This document shows, one piece after another, positions 23,537-32,588 of a DNA stretch of 64,000 nt (its first letter is position 1; each line of letters starts with the position of its first letter). The stretch lies in the NCBI GenBank assembly GCA_019634915.1, contig JAHCAN010000013.1, positions 10,045-74,044 of the forward strand, written 5' to 3'. The notes under the pieces were generated by a model. The model was given only the letters and a program-made list of their open reading frames with translations, ran no database searches and was not told the origin of the DNA. The stretch is from Steroidobacteraceae bacterium (lineage in GTDB: Bacteria > Pseudomonadota > Gammaproteobacteria > Steroidobacterales > Steroidobacteraceae). A program made the position numbers and the translations under genes.

Positions 23537-24720
23537 GCCTTGTCCTTCCTGATCGAACGCCCCGCCGCCAGCGCGACCACGTTCCGGGCCGCATCGGTCA
23601 GATCGGCGGCCGGCGTCAGCGCGAGCCCGCTGCCGGCCAGCATCGCGCGCGCCTTGTCGGCGTTGGTGCCCTGAAGGCGCACGACCACCGGCACCGAGAC
23701 GCCGAGCTGCTTCGCGGCCGTGATGATGCCCTCGGCGATCAGGTCGCAGCGCACGATGCCGCCGAAGATGTTGACGAGGATCGCGCGCACGTTGGGGTTC
23801 GAGAGGATCAGCTGGAACGCCGCGGTCACGCGCTCGGCGGTCGCGCCGCCGCCAACGTCGAGGAAGTTCGCCGGCCGCCCGCCGTGCAGCTTGATCAGGT
23901 CCATCGTCGCCATCGCAAGCCCGGCGCCATTGACCATGCAGGCGATGTCGCCGTCGAGCGAGACGTAGTTCAGGTCGTGCTCGCTCGCCTTCACTTCCAT
24001 CGCGTCTTCCTGCGCGACGTCGCGCAGCGCGGCCAGCTCGGCCTGGCGGAACAGCGCATTCGGGTCGATGTTGATCTTCGCGTCGAGCGCCACGAGCTCG
24101 CCGGTCTTCGTGACGATCAGCGGGTTCACTTCGAGCAGGCTCGCATCGCGCTCGAGATACAGCCGGTAGAGCGCCATCGCGATCTGCTGGAACTGACCGA
24201 TCTGCTTGCCGCTGAAGCCGAGCGCGAACGCCATCTCGCGGCACTGGTAGGGCTGCAGGCCCGCCGCCGGATGCACGTTCACGGTGATGATCTTCTCCGG
24301 CGTGTGCTCGGCGACCTCCTCGATGTCCATGCCACCCGCCGACGAGCCGATCAGCGCGATGCGCCCCTTCTCGCGGTTCAGGGTCAGCGACAGGTAGATC
24401 TCGCGCTCGATCGCCGAGCCGCCCTCCACGTACACCGCATCGATCGGCAGGCCCTCGGCGCCGGTCTGTTTGGTGACGAGGCGCTGGCCCAGCATCGCCG
24501 CGGCAGCCTCGCGGACCGCCTGCGGGTCACGCGCCAGCTTCACGCCGCCGGCCTTGCCGCGCCCGCCGGCGTGCACCTGCGCCTTGACCACCCACACCCC
24601 GCCGCCGATCGCCTCGGCCGCCGCCACCGCTTCGTCGGCACTGCGCGCCACGCGCCCCTCGGGCACGGGTACGCCGTACTGGCGGAAGACTGCCTTCGCC
24701 TGGTATTCGTGAAGATTCAT
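23533..24720 (-). CDS. sucC: Succinyl-CoA synthetase beta subunit
   Basis: Start [20 protein letters not shown] (ATG at 24720). ATP-grasp domain plus ligase-CoA domain. Overlaps the sucD start. Confidence 0.95.
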   Translation of the reverse strand: MNLHEYQAKAVFRQYGVPVPEGRVARSADEAVAAAEAIGGGVWVVKAQVHAGGRGKAGGVKLARDPQAVREAAAAMLGQRLVTKQTGAEGLPIDAVYVEGGSAIEREIYLSLTLNREKGRIALIGSSAGGMDIEEVAEHTPEKIITVNVHPAAGLQPYQCREMAFALGFSGKQIGQFQQIAMALYRLYLERDASLLEVNPLIVTKTGELVALDAKINIDPNALFRQAELAALRDVAQEDAMEVKASEHDLNYVSLDGDIACMVNGAGLAMATMDLIKLHGGRPANFLDVGGGATAERVTAAFQLILSNPNVRAILVNIFGGIVRCDLIAEGIITAAKQLGVSVPVVVRLQGTNADKARAMLAGSGLALTPAADLTDAARNVVALAAGRSIRKDKA

Positions 24721-24792
24721 GGACCCGCCGGATAGCAAAAAGAACCGCTATTCTCGCGGAAAGTGGCACGCTAGAGAAGCAGTAGCGCGGGA

Positions 24793-26430
24793 ATGCTAAA
24801 GTCCGGCGAAATGGCCGTAGCGCGCAACGACGACACCTCGACCCTCGGCGATCTCGGCTGGCGCATCGTCGGCCTGCTGAATCTCTACCGGCTGCTGATC
24901 CCGCCGGTGCTGCTCGGAATCCACGCGATCACGATGCCGCAGCCGACCGTCGGCGCGCAATATCCGCGGCTGTTTTTCACGGTCTGCGGCGCCTATCTGC
25001 TCGCCGCGATCGTGCTGGTGCTGGCCCAGCGCCTGCGCCGGATCCCGGGGCGCGTCCTGCTGCTCGCGCACGCGCTGGTCGACTCGGTCGCGATCGGCCT
25101 GCTGCTCTACTCGAGCGGCGGCGTCGCGAGCGGCATGGGCATCCTGCTCGTCGTGCCGGTCGGCTCGGTCGCGCTGCTCGCCGAGGGCCGTCAGACGCTG
25201 CTGATCGCCGCGATCGCCGTCGTCGCGGTGCTCGCGCAGCAGGTCCTCGGGCAGATCTCCGGCAGCGCCTCCTCGGCCGACTATCCGACCGCCGGCGTGC
25301 TCGGCATGGTGATCTTCCTGGTCGCACTCGCGAGCTGGCCGCTGACCGCGCGCCTGCAGGAAAGCGAGGCGCTGATCAAGCGCCGCGAAGTCGATCTCGC
25401 CGATCTCGCCGAACTCTCGCAGTACATCGTGCAGCACCTGCGCGAGAGCCTGCTGGTGATCGATCACGAGGACCGCATCCGCCTGATCAACGAATCGGCG
25501 GCGCGTATCCTCGGCGACCGCAGCGCCTACCCCGGCGCGCTGGTCGGTGAGGCCTCGCCGCGGCTGCTGTACCTGCTGTCGACCTGGCGCCAGAGCGGCG
25601 CGCGCCCCAAGGACACCGGCGCGACGCTGATCGCGAGCGACGGCGCGAGCGAGATCCTGCCGCACTTCGCGCCGCTCGGAAACCAGGATCCGCCGCCGGT
25701 GATCGTGTTCCTCGAGGACACCACCGAGGTGGCGGGCAAGCTGCAGCAGCTGAAGCTCGCCGCGCTCGGCCGGCTGTCGGCGAGCATCGCGCACGAGATC
25801 AGGAACCCGGTCGGCGCGATGAGCCACGCGGCGCAGCTGCTCGCCGAGTCGAGTGATCTCGACGATGGCGATCGCCGCCTCGTCGAGATCGTGCGCACGA
25901 ACGCCGCGCGCGTCAGCGAAATCATCGACAACGTGCAGTCGATGTCGCGTCGCGAGCCGATGCGCGCCGAGCAGTTCGTGCTCGGGCCGTGGCTGCAGGA
26001 ATTCCGCACCGAGTTCTGCGCCACGCTGCCCTGCCCCACCGAGCGCGTGCAGGTCCACGAGGAGACCACCGACCTCGAAGTGCGCTGCGACCGCAGCCAG
26101 CTGCGCCAGATCGTCTGGAACCTCGCCGACAACGCGCTCAAGCACAACGGCGACAGCCCCGGCCCGATCGAGCTGCGCGCCGGCCGGCTCGCCTCGGCGC
26201 AACGGCCGTATCTCGAGGTCGCCGACCGCGGCAACGGCATCCCCGAGTCGCTCGTCGAGCGCATCTTCGAACCGTTCGTGACCAGCGCGCCGCGCGGCAC
26301 CGGCCTCGGCCTGTTCCTCGCCCGCGAGCTGGCCCAGGCCAATGGCGCGACGCTGATTTATGAACCACGTCCCGGTGGCGGCAGCCTCTTTCGCCTGGTG
26401 TTCTCCGATCCGTTACGCTGGCGGGCATGA
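24793..26430 (+). CDS. pilS: Sensor histidine kinase, PilS-like
   Basis: About 6 N-terminal TM segments. H-box LSASIAHEIRNPV, N/G boxes (NLADNALKH, DRGNGIP, GTGLGLFLAREL). Directly precedes pilR with a 4-nt overlap. Confidence 0.8.
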   Translation: MLKSGEMAVARNDDTSTLGDLGWRIVGLLNLYRLLIPPVLLGIHAITMPQPTVGAQYPRLFFTVCGAYLLAAIVLVLAQRLRRIPGRVLLLAHALVDSVAIGLLLYSSGGVASGMGILLVVPVGSVALLAEGRQTLLIAAIAVVAVLAQQVLGQISGSASSADYPTAGVLGMVIFLVALASWPLTARLQESEALIKRREVDLADLAELSQYIVQHLRESLLVIDHEDRIRLINESAARILGDRSAYPGALVGEASPRLLYLLSTWRQSGARPKDTGATLIASDGASEILPHFAPLGNQDPPPVIVFLEDTTEVAGKLQQLKLAALGRLSASIAHEIRNPVGAMSHAAQLLAESSDLDDGDRRLVEIVRTNAARVSEIIDNVQSMSRREPMRAEQFVLGPWLQEFRTEFCATLPCPTERVQVHEETTDLEVRCDRSQLRQIVWNLADNALKHNGDSPGPIELRAGRLASAQRPYLEVADRGNGIPESLVERIFEPFVTSAPRGTGLGLFLARELAQANGATLIYEPRPGGGSLFRLVFSDPLRWRA

Positions 26431-27845
26431 GCAAACCGGTCGTACTGGTCGTCGACGACGAGCCCGACCTCGTCGAGCTGGTCAGCCTGACGCTCTCGCG
26501 GATGAACCTCGACACCGCGTCGGCCGGTGACCTCACGGGCGCCCGCGCGCTGCTGAAGAGCCGGCATTTCGACCTGTGCCTCACGGACATGCGCCTGCCG
26601 GACGGCGACGGCCTCGACCTCGTCGCCTGGATCCAGGAGAACAAGGCGCTGGTGCCGGTCGCGGTGATCTCGGCGCACGGCAACGTCGAATCGGCGGTGC
26701 GCGCGCTCAAGCTCGGCGCGTTCGATTTCGTCTCGAAGCCGCTCGACCTCGGCGTGCTGCGCAAGCTTGTCGCGAGCGCGATCAAGCTCGGCGAGCGCGC
26801 CGACGGCGAGCTCACGATGCAGGGCCCGCGCCTGATCGGCCACAGCCCGGTCATGGACACTCTGCGCACGATGATTTCGCGCGTCGCGCGCAGCCAGGCG
26901 CCGGTGCACATCTCCGGCGAGTCGGGCACCGGCAAGGAGCTGGTCGCGCGGCTGATCCACGGCTCCGGCTCGCGCGCCGAGGCGCCTTTCATACCGGTCA
27001 ACTGCGGCGCCATTCCGACCGAGCTGATGGAGAGCGAACTGTTCGGCTACAAGCGCGGCAGCTTCACCGGCGCGGTTGCCGACAGCAAGGGCCTGATCCA
27101 GTCGGCCGAGGGCGGCACGCTGTTCCTCGACGAAGTCGCCGACCTGCCGTTGCACATGCAGGTCAAGCTGCTGCGCGTGATCCAGGAGAAGACCGTGCGC
27201 CCGCTCGGCGAGGCGCGCGAAGTGCCGGTCGACGTGCGCATCCTGTCGGCCACGCACAAGGATCTCGCCGCGCTGGTGCGCGACGGACGCTTCCGCGAGG
27301 ACCTGTACTACCGCATCAACGTGATCGACATACGCGTGCCCGCGCTGCGCGAGCGCGCCGAGGACATCCCGGATCTCGCCGCGGCGATCCTGCGGCGCCT
27401 GTCGCGCCGCATGGGAGTCGAAGCGCCCGACATCAGCGATGCAGCACTCGCCGTGCTCGCCGCACACAGCTTTCCCGGCAACGTGCGCGAACTCGAGAAC
27501 GTGCTCGAGCGCGCGCTGACGCTGTGCATCACCGATACGATCGAGGCGGGCGACATCCAGGTGCGCGCGCCGGTGCTGGACGAGCCGGTGGCAACCGTGG
27601 CATTCGCCAGCGGCAACGGTAACGGTAACGGTAACGGCGGTGACCACGGCAGCAGCCGCGGCGGCGATGAGGCAGCCGCGACGGTCGGCGGCGGCGCACT
27701 CGGCGATCAGCTCGACAGCATCGAGCGCGACGCGATCGTCAAGGCGCTCGAGCAGACCCGCTACAACAAGACCGCCGCCGCGAAGCTCCTCGGCATGAGC
27801 TTTCGCGCGCTGCGCTACCGGATCAAGAAACTCGGGATCGAATAG
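26427..27845 (+). CDS. pilR: Sigma54-dependent response regulator PilR
   Basis: Receiver domain (LVVDDEPD, DLCLTDMRLPDGDG). AAA+ sigma54 activator core (GESGTGKELVARLIH, ESELFGYKRGSFTGA). C-terminal Fis-type HTH (NKTAAAKLLGMSFRALRYRIKKLGI). Confidence 0.9.
   Translation: MSKPVVLVVDDEPDLVELVSLTLSRMNLDTASAGDLTGARALLKSRHFDLCLTDMRLPDGDGLDLVAWIQENKALVPVAVISAHGNVESAVRALKLGAFDFVSKPLDLGVLRKLVASAIKLGERADGELTMQGPRLIGHSPVMDTLRTMISRVARSQAPVHISGESGTGKELVARLIHGSGSRAEAPFIPVNCGAIPTELMESELFGYKRGSFTGAVADSKGLIQSAEGGTLFLDEVADLPLHMQVKLLRVIQEKTVRPLGEAREVPVDVRILSATHKDLAALVRDGRFREDLYYRINVIDIRVPALRERAEDIPDLAAAILRRLSRRMGVEAPDISDAALAVLAAHSFPGNVRELENVLERALTLCITDTIEAGDIQVRAPVLDEPVATVAFASGNGNGNGNGGDHGSSRGGDEAAATVGGGALGDQLDSIERDAIVKALEQTRYNKTAAAKLLGMSFRALRYRIKKLGIE
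27612..27635 (+). repeat. In-frame hexanucleotide microsatellite (GGYAAC x4) encoding GNGNGNGN in the PilR linker
   Basis: Read directly: ggcaac ggtaac ggtaac ggtaac. Confidence 0.9.
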
Positions 27846-27846
27846 G

Positions 27847-28143
27847 CTATGCGGCTATCCGCAGCTCGACATGCCGCCCGAGTGCGACCGCAGCGCGACT
27901 GATCGTCGTCAAAGTCACTGCCGGATCGTTCTCGTTCAAAAGGCGATGAACGACGGCTCGGCTCGTTCTCATGCGGCGGGCCAACTCGGCGCGTGAAACC
28001 TTGTCCTTCTTCATCGCCTTCGCCAATTCCCAGGCCAGCACACGCTTGATTGCGAGCGCAGTCGCCTCTTCCAGCAGGCCCTCTTCCGCGAGAAACGCCT
28101 CAAAACTGCTACCGACGTGCGGGTTCTCCCGCTTGCGTGCCAT
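27847..28143 (-). CDS. XRE-family HTH antitoxin (HigA-like partner of the Gp49 toxin)
   Basis: 98 aa containing DKVSRAELARRMRTSRAVVHRLLN. Sits 2 nt downstream of the Gp49-like toxin gene, and its stop abuts the pilR stop. Confidence 0.75.
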   Translation of the reverse strand: MARKRENPHVGSSFEAFLAEEGLLEEATALAIKRVLAWELAKAMKKDKVSRAELARRMRTSRAVVHRLLNENDPAVTLTTISRAAVALGRHVELRIAA

Positions 28144-28145
28144 CG

Positions 28146-28508
28146 CTATTTGCCTCCAGCCGCACGGCGCACCTGCCGGGCCCGCACCCGGGCCACACGC
28201 AAATCGGACGGCGGTGTCTTCCTGCTCTTCTTGATGAAGCCGTGAACCAGTACAGCTTCAGTGTGATCTATCGTAAACATCAACCTCGCCGCTCTCCTGT
28301 GTAGATGCACGCGAATCTCCCAGAGACTGCCATCGATCTTGCGGACCAGTGGCATACCCACAGGCCAGCCGAATTGCAGCGTGCGAAGCTCTTCGCCAAT
28401 GATCCTGCGATCTTCCGGTGGCAGCGCCTTCAACCAATCGCGAACTGGCTCTACACCCGCTCGCTCACAAAAGAACCTCACTGCCAGCTTTGGCAGGGGT
28501 CGCCCCAT
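28146..28508 (-). CDS. RelE/HigB-superfamily toxin, phage Gp49-like
   Basis: Sequence FFCERAGVEPVRDWLKALPPEDRRIIGEELRTLQFGWPVGMPLVRKIDGSLWEIRVH...VLVHGFIKKSRKTPPSDL. Start taken at the ATG at 28508; 28529 is an alternative. Confidence 0.75.
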   Translation of the reverse strand: MGRPLPKLAVRFFCERAGVEPVRDWLKALPPEDRRIIGEELRTLQFGWPVGMPLVRKIDGSLWEIRVHLHRRAARLMFTIDHTEAVLVHGFIKKSRKTPPSDLRVARVRARQVRRAAGGK

Positions 28509-28575
28509 AGTGTATCTTTTTTGATTCATAGGCAAGCTCTGGTGCGCAAACAGCATGCGCCGAGCGCCATGTGGG

Positions 28576-28591
28576 CGATACGTACGTATCG
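28576..28591. promoter_or_regulatory. Perfect 16-bp palindrome CGATACGTACGTATCG upstream of the Gp49/XRE operon (candidate operator)
   Basis: Read directly. Lies about 50-70 nt upstream of the toxin start on the minus strand. Confidence 0.4.
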
Positions 28592-28624
28592 GGCGTGAAT
28601 CCGCACATATGCCACGGCCAGGAG

Positions 28625-29029
28625 TCAGGGCGCGAGCCAGTTCTCCACCCGCAGCCCGCCGACGCGGCGGAATTCCCTCACATTGCGAGTGACCAGCACC
28701 GCCTCCAGCGCCAGCGCGTGCGCCGCAATCAGCGTATCGAGAGGCCCGATTGGCGTACCACCTGCGCTCAGGCGCTGCCTCACGGGTCCGTAGGCAGACG
28801 CCGCGGCAGCATCGAATGATGCGGTAACGAATGCCTCCAGGAACGCCTTGAGCGCGTTCGCATTCTCCCGCGGTCGCGAACTGCGGGCGACGCCGAAATT
28901 CAGCTCGGCCAACGTGATGCTCGACAATCCGATCTGCCCCACGGGCCGCGAATTGACCCTCCGGTCGAGGCGCGGAGAGGAACCGTGCATCAACGCGATG
29001 ACGGTATCCGTGTCGAGCAGCCAGCGCAC
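28625..29029 (-). CDS. vapC: PIN-domain toxin VapC
   Basis: Sequence MRWLLDTDTVIALM...LSSITLAELNFG...DTLIAAHALALEAVLVTRNVREF carries the acidic PIN residues. Overlaps the vapB stop by 1 nt. Confidence 0.85.
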   Translation of the reverse strand: MRWLLDTDTVIALMHGSSPRLDRRVNSRPVGQIGLSSITLAELNFGVARSSRPRENANALKAFLEAFVTASFDAAAASAYGPVRQRLSAGGTPIGPLDTLIAAHALALEAVLVTRNVREFRRVGGLRVENWLAP

Positions 29030-29259
29030 TACAGCAGCTCGCGCTCTTCAGCCTCGGCAGGCTGTTCCCGCTCGCGCATGAAGTCCGGCGTGAATCTCGA
29101 ACGCGCGGCCCTCATGGACTCCCACGAGGTCTCCTTGGGGCGCAGCACCACGGCATTACCGGACTTGCTGATCCAGACCTCCGTGCCCGGCAGGCGAAAC
29201 TCCTTCGGCAGCCGCACAGCCTGACTGTCGCCATTTCTGAACAGCTTGGCGGTTCTCAT
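29029..29259 (-). CDS. vapB: AbrB/MazE(SpoVT)-fold antitoxin VapB
   Basis: Begins MRTAKLFRNGDSQAVRLPKEFRLPG, the typical swapped-hairpin antitoxin N-terminus. Confidence 0.85.
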   Translation of the reverse strand: MRTAKLFRNGDSQAVRLPKEFRLPGTEVWISKSGNAVVLRPKETSWESMRAARSRFTPDFMREREQPAEAEERELL

Positions 29260-29441
29260 GATTACCCCGATTCATATATATCTATTATATATATCTTAAG
29301 CATCCGGCCCTGTCGATGCGCAAATCCTGCGTCATCGCACCGATTGGCGGCCCGCGCAGCAGCCCGGGCATGTTGTGACGCATTCGACGACTCCCGGCAT
29401 CCACACTTGGCCGAGCGCGGCCATGCACACAAGATCGGGGC

Positions 29442-30185
29442 ATGACAAAAGCCGCTCTGGGCATCGCCATGCTGTGGGCCGGCTCGGCGATGGCACAGCC
29501 CGCGCCGAACGTGCAGATCGAGCTGTACGACGTCGACCCCGCGGGCGTCACGACCGTGCCGCCGCACACCAACGTGTACGGGCGCATCGTCTACACGACC
29601 GACGCCCCGGTGCGCCTCGTGCTGGTGCCGTACCGCAACGGCGAGCCCGTGCAGGATGGCTTCTACAACTCCGGCTCGCCGCAATACGCGCCGGGCAGCG
29701 GCGAGACCGTCGCCTGGTTCGGCTTCGACAAGCCCCAGACCATCGACGAGATCCGCGCGGTCGCCAATGATTTTCACGGCAAGGTCTTCGCCGAGGACTC
29801 GATCGAGCAGACGCTGCGCTGGCGCGAAGGAGCGACCAAGCCGCAGAAGGCGGCCTGGGTGGAACCCCTGCTGAAGGCCGAGAAGAACGTGATCGTGCCG
29901 CCGCCCGCCGAGTTCGGCTGGTTCGCGGCCGCCATCACGCAGTTGTTCTTCCTGCTGGTGCCGCTGTCGGTCGGTCTGCAGATCTATGCCTGGTACAAGC
30001 TCGACGGCGGCCCCGGCCGGCTCGCCCGCCTGTCGGGTTATGCGATGGGAGCCCTGTGGGTGTTCGTGATCCTGACCGGGATCGCAGGCAGCAATCTGTC
30101 GCCGATATGGCTCGTATTCCTGAGCCCGCTGTTCGCGATGTTTCTCGTCGGACTGCTCGTCGTCGCGCGTGCCCGGAGACGCTAG
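29442..30185 (+). CDS. Hypothetical exported/membrane protein
   Basis: Signal peptide (AMLWAGSAMAQP), a soluble domain of about 140 aa, then 3 predicted TM segments. No family recognised. Confidence 0.5.
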   Translation: MTKAALGIAMLWAGSAMAQPAPNVQIELYDVDPAGVTTVPPHTNVYGRIVYTTDAPVRLVLVPYRNGEPVQDGFYNSGSPQYAPGSGETVAWFGFDKPQTIDEIRAVANDFHGKVFAEDSIEQTLRWREGATKPQKAAWVEPLLKAEKNVIVPPPAEFGWFAAAITQLFFLLVPLSVGLQIYAWYKLDGGPGRLARLSGYAMGALWVFVILTGIAGSNLSPIWLVFLSPLFAMFLVGLLVVARARRR

Positions 30186-30544
30186 GCCACTGCCCGCAGA
30201 TCGAAGTCGGCGTGGATGATGTCGTACGGCACCAGATACTTGCCGTCCTGGCGCCGCTCGATCAACCCGTATTCCATGAGTCTGACGACATCCTCATGCA
30301 CACGCTTGACGTCGCGCCCGAGCTCCCGCGCCAGGCCACGCACGCTGCAAGGGCCCAGCTTCTGAGCCCGCTCGATCAGCTCCCAGCGCTTGGGTGACAA
30401 CACACGAAACAGGGCGGTCGGTGACTCGAACTGCAGCAGATCGCCCTGGGCTCTGCCCGTCTTCCATGCCTTGACGAAGTGCACACCCATCTCGCCGAGC
30501 GCGCGTTTCGGATTCGGGCGGATGCGTATCTCGACTTTCCTCAT
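30182..30544 (-). CDS. Winged-helix DNA-binding protein (MarR/ArsR-like), third gene after brnT-brnA
   Basis: Start MRKVEIRIRPNP (ATG at 30544). wHTH region CSVRGLARELGRDVKRVHEDVVRLMEYGLIERRQDGKY. Confidence 0.6.
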   Translation of the reverse strand: MRKVEIRIRPNPKRALGEMGVHFVKAWKTGRAQGDLLQFESPTALFRVLSPKRWELIERAQKLGPCSVRGLARELGRDVKRVHEDVVRLMEYGLIERRQDGKYLVPYDIIHADFDLRAVA

Positions 30545-30572
30545 TTCGATCCCATCACCTCCACGTCTCGAA

Positions 30573-30848
30573 TCAGCGGGCGTGCTTACGCCTTCTCGGC
30601 TTGGACCTGGCAAGCACCTCGGCCATACGGGTCTGCCAGCCAGGACCCGTCGCTTTCCATGAGGCGATCACCTCCGGTGCAAGGCGGAGTGAAAGAAGCT
30701 GTTTGGGGCTTTCGAGCCTCGGGCGCCCGCGACGGACCAATCTATTTCCGTGGTGCAAATCCGCCTCGGCTACCCAGATCTCTGTGATCTCCGGTGCCTC
30801 AGTGCTGCGTCGGGAAGTGCGGGCGGAGTAATTTCGCTTCACGCTCAT
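30573..30848 (-). CDS. brnA: BrnA-family antitoxin
   Basis: Sequence GRPRLESPKQLLSLRLAPEVIASWKATGPGWQTRMAEVL matches the BrnA pattern (GRP..K..VSLRLD..V...FK..G.GWQTR). The start is uncertain because the ORF overlaps brnT by 50 nt. Confidence 0.7.
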   Translation of the reverse strand: MSVKRNYSARTSRRSTEAPEITEIWVAEADLHHGNRLVRRGRPRLESPKQLLSLRLAPEVIASWKATGPGWQTRMAEVLARSKPRRRKHAR

Positions 30849-31080
30849 GACGATGCCTCATGCTGATAATTCGCCTGGCAATGCCTCGTGGAGTCCAGAC
30901 GAACACTACCAGTCTCGAATCGAGCCACCCAACCGTTACAAGACGAAGCTCACCGTAGTCGCCACGGTCATCCGTTCGCGTGAAATGGAACCCCGCAAAG
31001 ATCTCTCTGGCCCGGCGCATATCGAGGCCTCGCTCCTGAAGCGTGCGCTGGCGCTTCAGCGGATCGCAGGTAATGCGCAT
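30799..31080 (-). CDS. brnT: BrnT-family (DUF497) toxin
   Basis: Sequence CDPLKRQRTLQERGLDMRRAREIF...DYGELRLVTVGWLDSRLVVFVWTPRG..RRIISMRHRHEREAK follows the typical DUF497 pattern. Confidence 0.75.
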   Translation of the reverse strand: MRITCDPLKRQRTLQERGLDMRRAREIFAGFHFTRTDDRGDYGELRLVTVGWLDSRLVVFVWTPRGIARRIISMRHRHEREAKLLRPHFPTQH

Positions 31081-31259
31081 ATTTATTGTAGCTACGTTTA
31101 ATAACGATCGCAAGCGGCTGCTTTATGGAACCACCGGGATTACGCGAATCCGTACGATAGAACGACACGCATTCACCACGCGATCGCCCGGAAACTGGAA
31201 TAGAGCCCGAAACGGGCCGCGCTACTCTCGATCAAGACGGAATATTCCGCCGTGTTGGC

Positions 31260-31616
31260 TCAGCCTTTCATGACCCCCAGGCCGCGAGCCGCCGACGCGA
31301 GCCTCCCGTCGAGTGTCCACAGGCCGACGCCGGAAAGCCTGGCGGAAGCGAGCAGATGGATGTCGATCCATCCGAGACCACGACCATGAAGCTCGTGCGC
31401 CGCGAGGAAGTGCATTGCCTCCTCGTGGGAAACCTCAGGGCATCCCGGCAAATCCGCCAGCAGGGAAAGAATCGTGTCGCGCCGGCCGAGAGAACCGCAG
31501 GCAAGCTCACCGATGACGAGGGGGTGAGTTCGCACGTCTCCATCGTCGAGCAGTGTGGACAACGCTGGTGATCCGCGGCGCAGGTGCTCGATCCAGACGG
31601 AGGTATCGACGAGCAT
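31260..31616 (-). CDS. vapC: PIN-domain toxin VapC (second copy, different subfamily)
   Basis: Sequence MLVDTSVWIEHLRRG...HPLVIGELACGSL...WIDIHLLASARL. Confidence 0.85.
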   Translation of the reverse strand: MLVDTSVWIEHLRRGSPALSTLLDDGDVRTHPLVIGELACGSLGRRDTILSLLADLPGCPEVSHEEAMHFLAAHELHGRGLGWIDIHLLASARLSGVGLWTLDGRLASAARGLGVMKG

Positions 31617-31622
31617 CAGGGC

Positions 31623-31823
31623 TCATGCACGCCCGGAAGGGCGGCGTCGGGGAACGGGTTTGAGTTTCGGCGACGTACCGCCGAGTGCCGCGAGGCGACG
31701 GGCGCTCTCGCGCTCGATCAGCGCCCTGAGGCCAGCGTGGACCAGCGCCGTCTTTTCCGTGATGCCGGCCAGCCTGGAGGCTTTGCTCACCAGATCGCCA
31801 TCGAGATTCATGGTAGTTCTCAT
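31623..31823 (-). CDS. vapB: VapB-type (DUF2191-like) antitoxin
   Basis: Sequence MRTTMNLDGDLVSKASRLAGITEKTALVHAGLRALIERESARRLAALGG. The start is either 31823 or 31811. Confidence 0.75.
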   Translation of the reverse strand: MRTTMNLDGDLVSKASRLAGITEKTALVHAGLRALIERESARRLAALGGTSPKLKPVPRRRPSGRA

Positions 31824-31864
31824 ATGTATCAGTATGTATTTCCGATGCATATAGGGCAAATCGG

Positions 31865-32059
31865 GTGATTTATGCGGACTCGAATTATTCAGCCTATGTC
31901 CCAGACCTGCCTGGCTGTGTCGCAACTGGCGATACCCTGGCGGAGACAGAGGCGGCTATCCGCGAGGCTATCGCCTTCCACCTCGATGGGCTGCGCGAAG
32001 ATGGCTCACCCATTCCCCCTCCCTCGAGCAAGGTCGAATACGTCGAGGTTGCCGCGTAG
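31865..32059 (+). CDS. hicB: HicB-family antitoxin, with no hicA partner
   Basis: Contains YSAYVPDLPGCVATGDTLAETEAAIREAIAFHLDGLREDGSPIP. There is no room for a HicA-sized ORF on the + strand upstream. Confidence 0.75.
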   Translation: MIYADSNYSAYVPDLPGCVATGDTLAETEAAIREAIAFHLDGLREDGSPIPPPSSKVEYVEVAA

Positions 32060-32090
32060 CAAATTCCCGATGCGTCGCTAGAGCACGCAC

Positions 32091-32120
32091 TTTGCGCCGA
32101 CTCGCCACCAGTTCAGCGGC
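32091..32120. repeat. 30-bp direct repeat, copy 1 (TTTGCGCCGACTCGCCACCAGTTCAGCGGC)
   Basis: 29/30 identical to 34115-34144, read directly. Confidence 0.85.
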
Positions 32121-32388
32121 AATGAAGATGTCGCGGTTTTCGTCGATCGTGTAGATGACGAGATGGGATTCGACCGGATGCATACGCATCGGCGGCGTGA
32201 TTTCCAGGCGTTCACGGGCCGCTTCGGGATTCCCGGCGAAGAACCGGAACGTTCTTTACAGCAGCTCGTGATAGCGCTCCGCCTGCAGCGCGCCGAACTG
32301 CCGCGCCCCGCAGACGAATTGGGCCGGGCTCTCCAGCACGGCGTTGATGCCGCGAAAGAGTACGATCCTCGTCGTCGTGTTTCTATGC
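32091..32388 (-). pseudogene. ParE/RelE-like toxin remnant: no start codon and an in-frame TAA at 32256-32258
   Basis: Manual translation gives ...FGALQAERYHELL*RTFRFFAGNPEAARERLEITPPMRMHPVESHLVIYTIDENRDIFI..., which resembles ParE (WG..QA..Y...L...F..L...P..G....H.I.Y). The reading frame opens immediately after the upstream small gene. Confidence 0.5.
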
Positions 32389-32390
32389 CG

Positions 32391-32588
32391 TTACTTTTTG
32401 TGCCCGCCTACGAGTTCGCGGACTTTCGGAACCAGATCTCGCGGCACTTCCATGAGAGTACTGGCGTCGTTTCCCCCAGCCGCTTCATCCTCAGCGACCG
32501 CTTCGTCCTCGGATTGGGACTCGTAATGGTCGAGCACGCGCTGGACACGTTGCTTGTCCCAGCCACGCGGGAACTTGCTCTGTTTCAT
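32391..32588 (-). CDS. Small acidic protein, putative antitoxin of the decayed ParE-like gene
   Basis: 65 aa (KFPRGWDKQRVQRVLDHYESQSEDEAVAEDEAA). Sits immediately upstream of the toxin remnant. The family assignment is tentative. Confidence 0.45.
   Translation of the reverse strand: MKQSKFPRGWDKQRVQRVLDHYESQSEDEAVAEDEAAGGNDASTLMEVPRDLVPKVRELVGGHKK

Noticed and set aside
24764-24780. TGGCAC motif in the sucC/pilS intergenic region.
   Set aside because: The downstream GC is displaced by 2 nt from the required GG-N10-GC spacing, and there is no TTGC element.
29262-29777. A 171-aa minus-strand ORF overlapping the start of the 29442-30185 membrane protein.
   Set aside because: Low-complexity Arg/Gly/Ala translation on the strand opposite a better-supported ORF with a signal peptide and TM segments.
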